Below, in pieces: positions 60,619-64,000 of a DNA stretch of 64,000 nucleotides (positions are counted from its first letter, which is position 1; every line of letters starts with the position of its first letter). The notes under the pieces are model-generated. The model had not been told where the DNA came from and ran no database searches. It saw only the letters and a list, made by a program, of their open reading frames with translations. The stretch comes from Eledone cirrhosa. Taxonomy: Eukaryota. Location: positions 9,982,001-10,046,000 of the forward strand of contig OZ024740.1 of assembly GCA_964016885.1 (NCBI GenBank), in the 5' to 3' direction. The position numbers and the translations under genes were made by a program.

Positions 60619-60663
60619 AGTCATAGTCCTTTCGTCACACACTCTGTGACCTCTTCAGTGACT
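60619..60663 (-). ncRNA. Minimal type I hammerhead ribozyme
   Basis: agtca CTGAAGA g gtcaca gagtg tgtgac GAAA ggac ta tgact; 5 bp stem I, 6 bp stem II. Confidence 0.8.
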
Positions 60664-60803
60664 GGGGATTCCTTTCTTTGTTTCTGTGCCTCTCCTTTGT
60701 TCTGTCCTACGCCATTTTGTTTCTGTGTGTGTGTTGTGTGCTCAGTTTGCGCATGCGCCACATCCGGGTGTCTGTGTGTGTTTATGTTCATTTATCTATT
60801 TGT

Positions 60804-60838
<35 letters not shown>

Positions 60839-60891
60839 CATGTTATTGGTTGGTTGTTTGTTCTATGTGTGTGTGTGTTTTCATTTTGTCC

Positions 60892-63265
60892 TTAATTGTA
60901 AGTTGTGATGTTGCTGTTCCACTCATATTTTCTATTTAATTTTGGTTGTAATTCTTTTATGTTTATTGCCTCTGTAATTTGTCTAAACATTGCATCTTTT
61001 CTGTGTGTAGATTCTATTTTTATTTCTATGTTCTCTAATTTACCCTTGTGTTCTATCTTAGCATGTTGGTAGAGTACAGATGATTCTTTATTATCTTGAA
61101 GGTCTCGCCAGTGTTCATTTATCCGTTCCCCTATACTACGAGCTGTCTCACCTATGTACACTATATTTTTGTTTCTACATTGTCCTCCAGTACATCTTAT
61201 GCTATACACTACATTTCTAGTTTTACAGTTAATATGGGGGCTTATTTTACAGGTTATACATTTCTTATCTATACATGAGGGTCTTTGAAAAGGGTATGTC
61301 TTGCTAATAAGTGTTTTTACGGAGGTACCTGGTCTTTCTACTATCTTAATATTGAGTTTATGTTTATTTAGGGCCCTTCTAAATTTGTAGGCTAGTTCAC
61401 CTCTAGGGGTTGTATCGATGAACATTACACTCTGGTATTTATTGCTATCATACCATGAGTTTTTTCTATTAGCCTTGCTCCTAGTTCTTTCTATTCTATT
61501 CCAAAATTTGCTCCTATACAAGGGGCAGGTCCCATTTATGTCATTATTTACCATTTTTTCCCATTTGGTTCTGGCTCCTCTATACACTCTGATTCTATCT
61601 CTCTGATTGTAGCCAGAGAACTGCATACGGTGGATGAAGTGTTGTATGTGTCTCTCTAGTTCTTCGGGGTTGCACATGTGGGACACATTTCTCATCACCC
61701 GTACCAAATCCGCAATCAGTATGTTGATCCGCAATCAGTATGTATGGTCCGAAATGGCCGAGTTTCGGTGGATCAGATGTTTGGAAGTCATGGGTTTGGC
61801 ATAATGGAAATGGAGGATTTGTTTTTGGTTGTTAATGGTATCTAACCAGAGCTCTGTGTCTAGTACAGGTAATCGATGGTTGGGGTGTCTACTTGGGTAG
61901 TCTATAGTAACTCTAATGCTCTGATGGATGGAGTTTGCTATTTGCTGGATGCTTTCCATTGTGTTTTTCTCTAGTTCCTGACTGTTCTCTAGTGGGGGTG
62001 TCTTAACTACGATGTTTATATCATCTACGTAGCGGGAGTACATTATCAGGGTTAAGCTGTCTTCTAATTGTTCTTTAAGTTTAAGTTTAAGTCTACTGTC
62101 CCACCATACCATGAATAAGTTAGCTATGTCGCCTGCAATGCTAACACCAATGGCTGCTCCTTCCTCTTGGGCATATGTTTTTCCATTAAATTTGAACATA
62201 TGTTCCTTAAGGGTTAGTTTTATGCTGGCCCCTACCGCATGTGCAATCATTTTCTTCAGTTCATCGTGTTTTCGGATGTCCGTATGGCTCTGGTCCACCC
62301 GTTCCATCTATCTGTGTGGGTTTTCTTGGCCATTGAGGTAATGGTAGGTGGTCTGCCTCTTGCTGGTCTTGTAGGGCACAGGTTGCTAAGGTCATATGTG
62401 TCTAGGTAACTATTACTATAGGTAAGCTTAAGTAGAAGTCCCAGCTCACTGGTATCAATCCCACGGAACTCAACCTTGCTCTCACTGATCATTTCTACGC
62501 ATTTCTCCACAGCAAAATCCACGTCAATAGATGGATACAGGGACACAACATCCATACTGCCTATTATGCAGTTTGTTAGGTCCCCAGATCGGTTACTCAC
62601 GCCGATTCTGCTGAGGAGGTCCTCCGTGCTGTCACATACATCTGGGGACATTTCAATGATGGGCGTATGATCAGGGAGAGGAAGTAGGACAGTCTGTAGT
62701 TACTAGCAATGTTAGCTCCACAGACTGGCCGTGTTGGTGGTCCCGCGACAGGGTCACAGCCCGTTTTATGGTCTTTTCGAAGCCCATACAACGCCGGCAC
62801 GTCATTGTTCCAGGCCTGGAAGTTGTTGGCAGTCCTTTTGTTGGGCTGCATTATATTCGTCCACATCACCATATGGGCATTGAGGGCTTTTTCTCTATCC
62901 TCATGCTCCTGTGGTGTTACCTCTCTTGTGTTAGTGATGTGGGGTTGCATTGCCTGGATGTAGTTTGGCAGGCTGTCAACCGACATTCTGCCAGACTTGT
63001 CTGTTGGAAAGCATGCTATCTCTCCATTATGTGAGCGCTGCATGAGCTTACGCAAGCCATTTGCAGATTTTTCTCCCAGTTGCTGGGCTTCCATTCTATT
63101 ATGCTTCTTGCTATACTGTTCTATAATATTTCTAAGTTCGGATCTAGCTATGCTAAATTGTGCTTCTGTTTGTTCATCGACCTGCGACGGCAATTGCGTG
63201 CGTTTGTTAAATGGTAAAGTCGTGGCGTGGACTCGTCGCAGGTCGAATGATTTATCGGAGGGATT
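60892..63265 (-). pseudogene. Penelope-like RT + GIY-YIG polyprotein, 5'-truncated, with frameshifts and a stop
   Basis: PTDKSG, LYGLRKDHK, RPVCG, SMDVVSLYPSI, QEEGAAIG, RYVDD, LPVLD, NVVYSIRC...YIGETARSIGERINEH. Confidence 0.93.
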
Positions 63266-63272
63266 ATAAAAC

Positions 63273-63913
63273 GGACCTGCCCCTTGTATAGGAGCAAATT
63301 TTGGAATAGAATAGAAAGAACTAGGAACAAGGCTAATAGAATAAACTCATGGTATGATAGCAATAAATACCAGAGTGTAATGTTCATCGATACAACCCCT
63401 AGAGGTGAACTAGCCTACAAATTTAGAAGGGCCCTAAATAAACATAAACTCAATATTAAGATAGTAGAAAGACCAGGTACCTCCGTAAAAACACTTATTA
63501 GCAAGACATACCCTTTTCAAAGACCCTCATGTATAGATAAGAAATGTATAACCTGTAAAATAAGCCCCCATATTAACTGTAAAACTAAAAATGTAGTGTA
63601 TAGCATAAGATGTACTGAAGGACAATGTAGAAACAAAAATATAGTGAACATAGGTGAAACAGCTCGTAGTATAGGGGAACGGATAAATGAACACTGGCGA
63701 GACCTTCAAGATAGTAAAGAATCATCTGTACTCTACCAACATGCTAAGATAGAACACAAGGGTAAATTAGAGAACATAGAAATAAAAATAGAATCTACAC
63801 ACAGAAAAGATGCAATGTTTAGACAAATTACAGAGGTAATAAACATAAAAGAATTACAACCAAAATTAAATAGAAAATATGAGTGGAACAGCAACATCAC
63901 AACTTACAATTAA
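63273..63913 (+). pseudogene. Inverted duplicate of the GIY-YIG C-terminal region
   Basis: 209 aa ORF nearly identical to the C-terminus of 60892-61734 (YIG changed to NIG). Confidence 0.92.
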
Positions 63914-64000
63914 GGACAAAATGAAAACACACACACACATAGAACAAACAACCAACCAATAACATGTAAATAAATAAATAAATAAATAAACAAATAGATA

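Larger units (their letters stand above)
60461..64000 (-). mobile_element. Penelope-like element (third structural type, possibly Naiad-like) with a long inverted 5' duplication running off the window
   Basis: Minus-strand RT-GIY-YIG at 60892-63265; 63273-64000 is a near-identical inverted copy of ~60805-61532. Confidence 0.93.

Noticed and set aside
61715-61745. In-frame TGA between two PLE ORF segments, suggestive of selenocysteine (reported for some Naiad PLEs)
   Set aside because: The TGA lies within a local duplication of acatactgattgcggat read in a shifted frame, not at a conserved Cys position; the element has other frameshifts and I see no SECIS.

Overview
Eukaryotic, repeat-dominated DNA with no confidently identifiable host gene. 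The microsatellite load and the tRNA-derived SINE families resemble octopod cephalopod genomes (inference, not verified). Contents: (1) Very long simple repeats, including a 5.2 kb (CCA/CAA)n array. (2) A 15.6 kb head-to-tail array of three divergent Tx1/L1-clade LINEs (41835-57390, all minus strand) embedded in (GA/GACA/GATA)n microsatellite. (3) At least five Penelope-like element (PLE) remnants of three structural types, with inverted termini. (4) About 14 minimal type I hammerhead ribozyme motifs from roughly ten families. (5) A non-coding ~410 bp hammerhead-bearing repeat in circularly permuted, head-to-tail copies (retrozyme-like). (6) Miniature fold-back elements carrying half a hammerhead, RTE and CRE-like LINE remnants, SINEs and hAT MITEs. 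The most striking observation is in the Tx1 elements. In all three copies a splice donor overlaps the ORF1 stop and a pyrimidine-tract splice acceptor sits at the ORF2 stop, so ORF2 looks like an intron whose removal yields an ORF1-only mRNA that terminates within two codons. Nearly all long low-complexity ORFs in the track are microsatellite artefacts. Coordinates were read by eye and may be off by a few bases.
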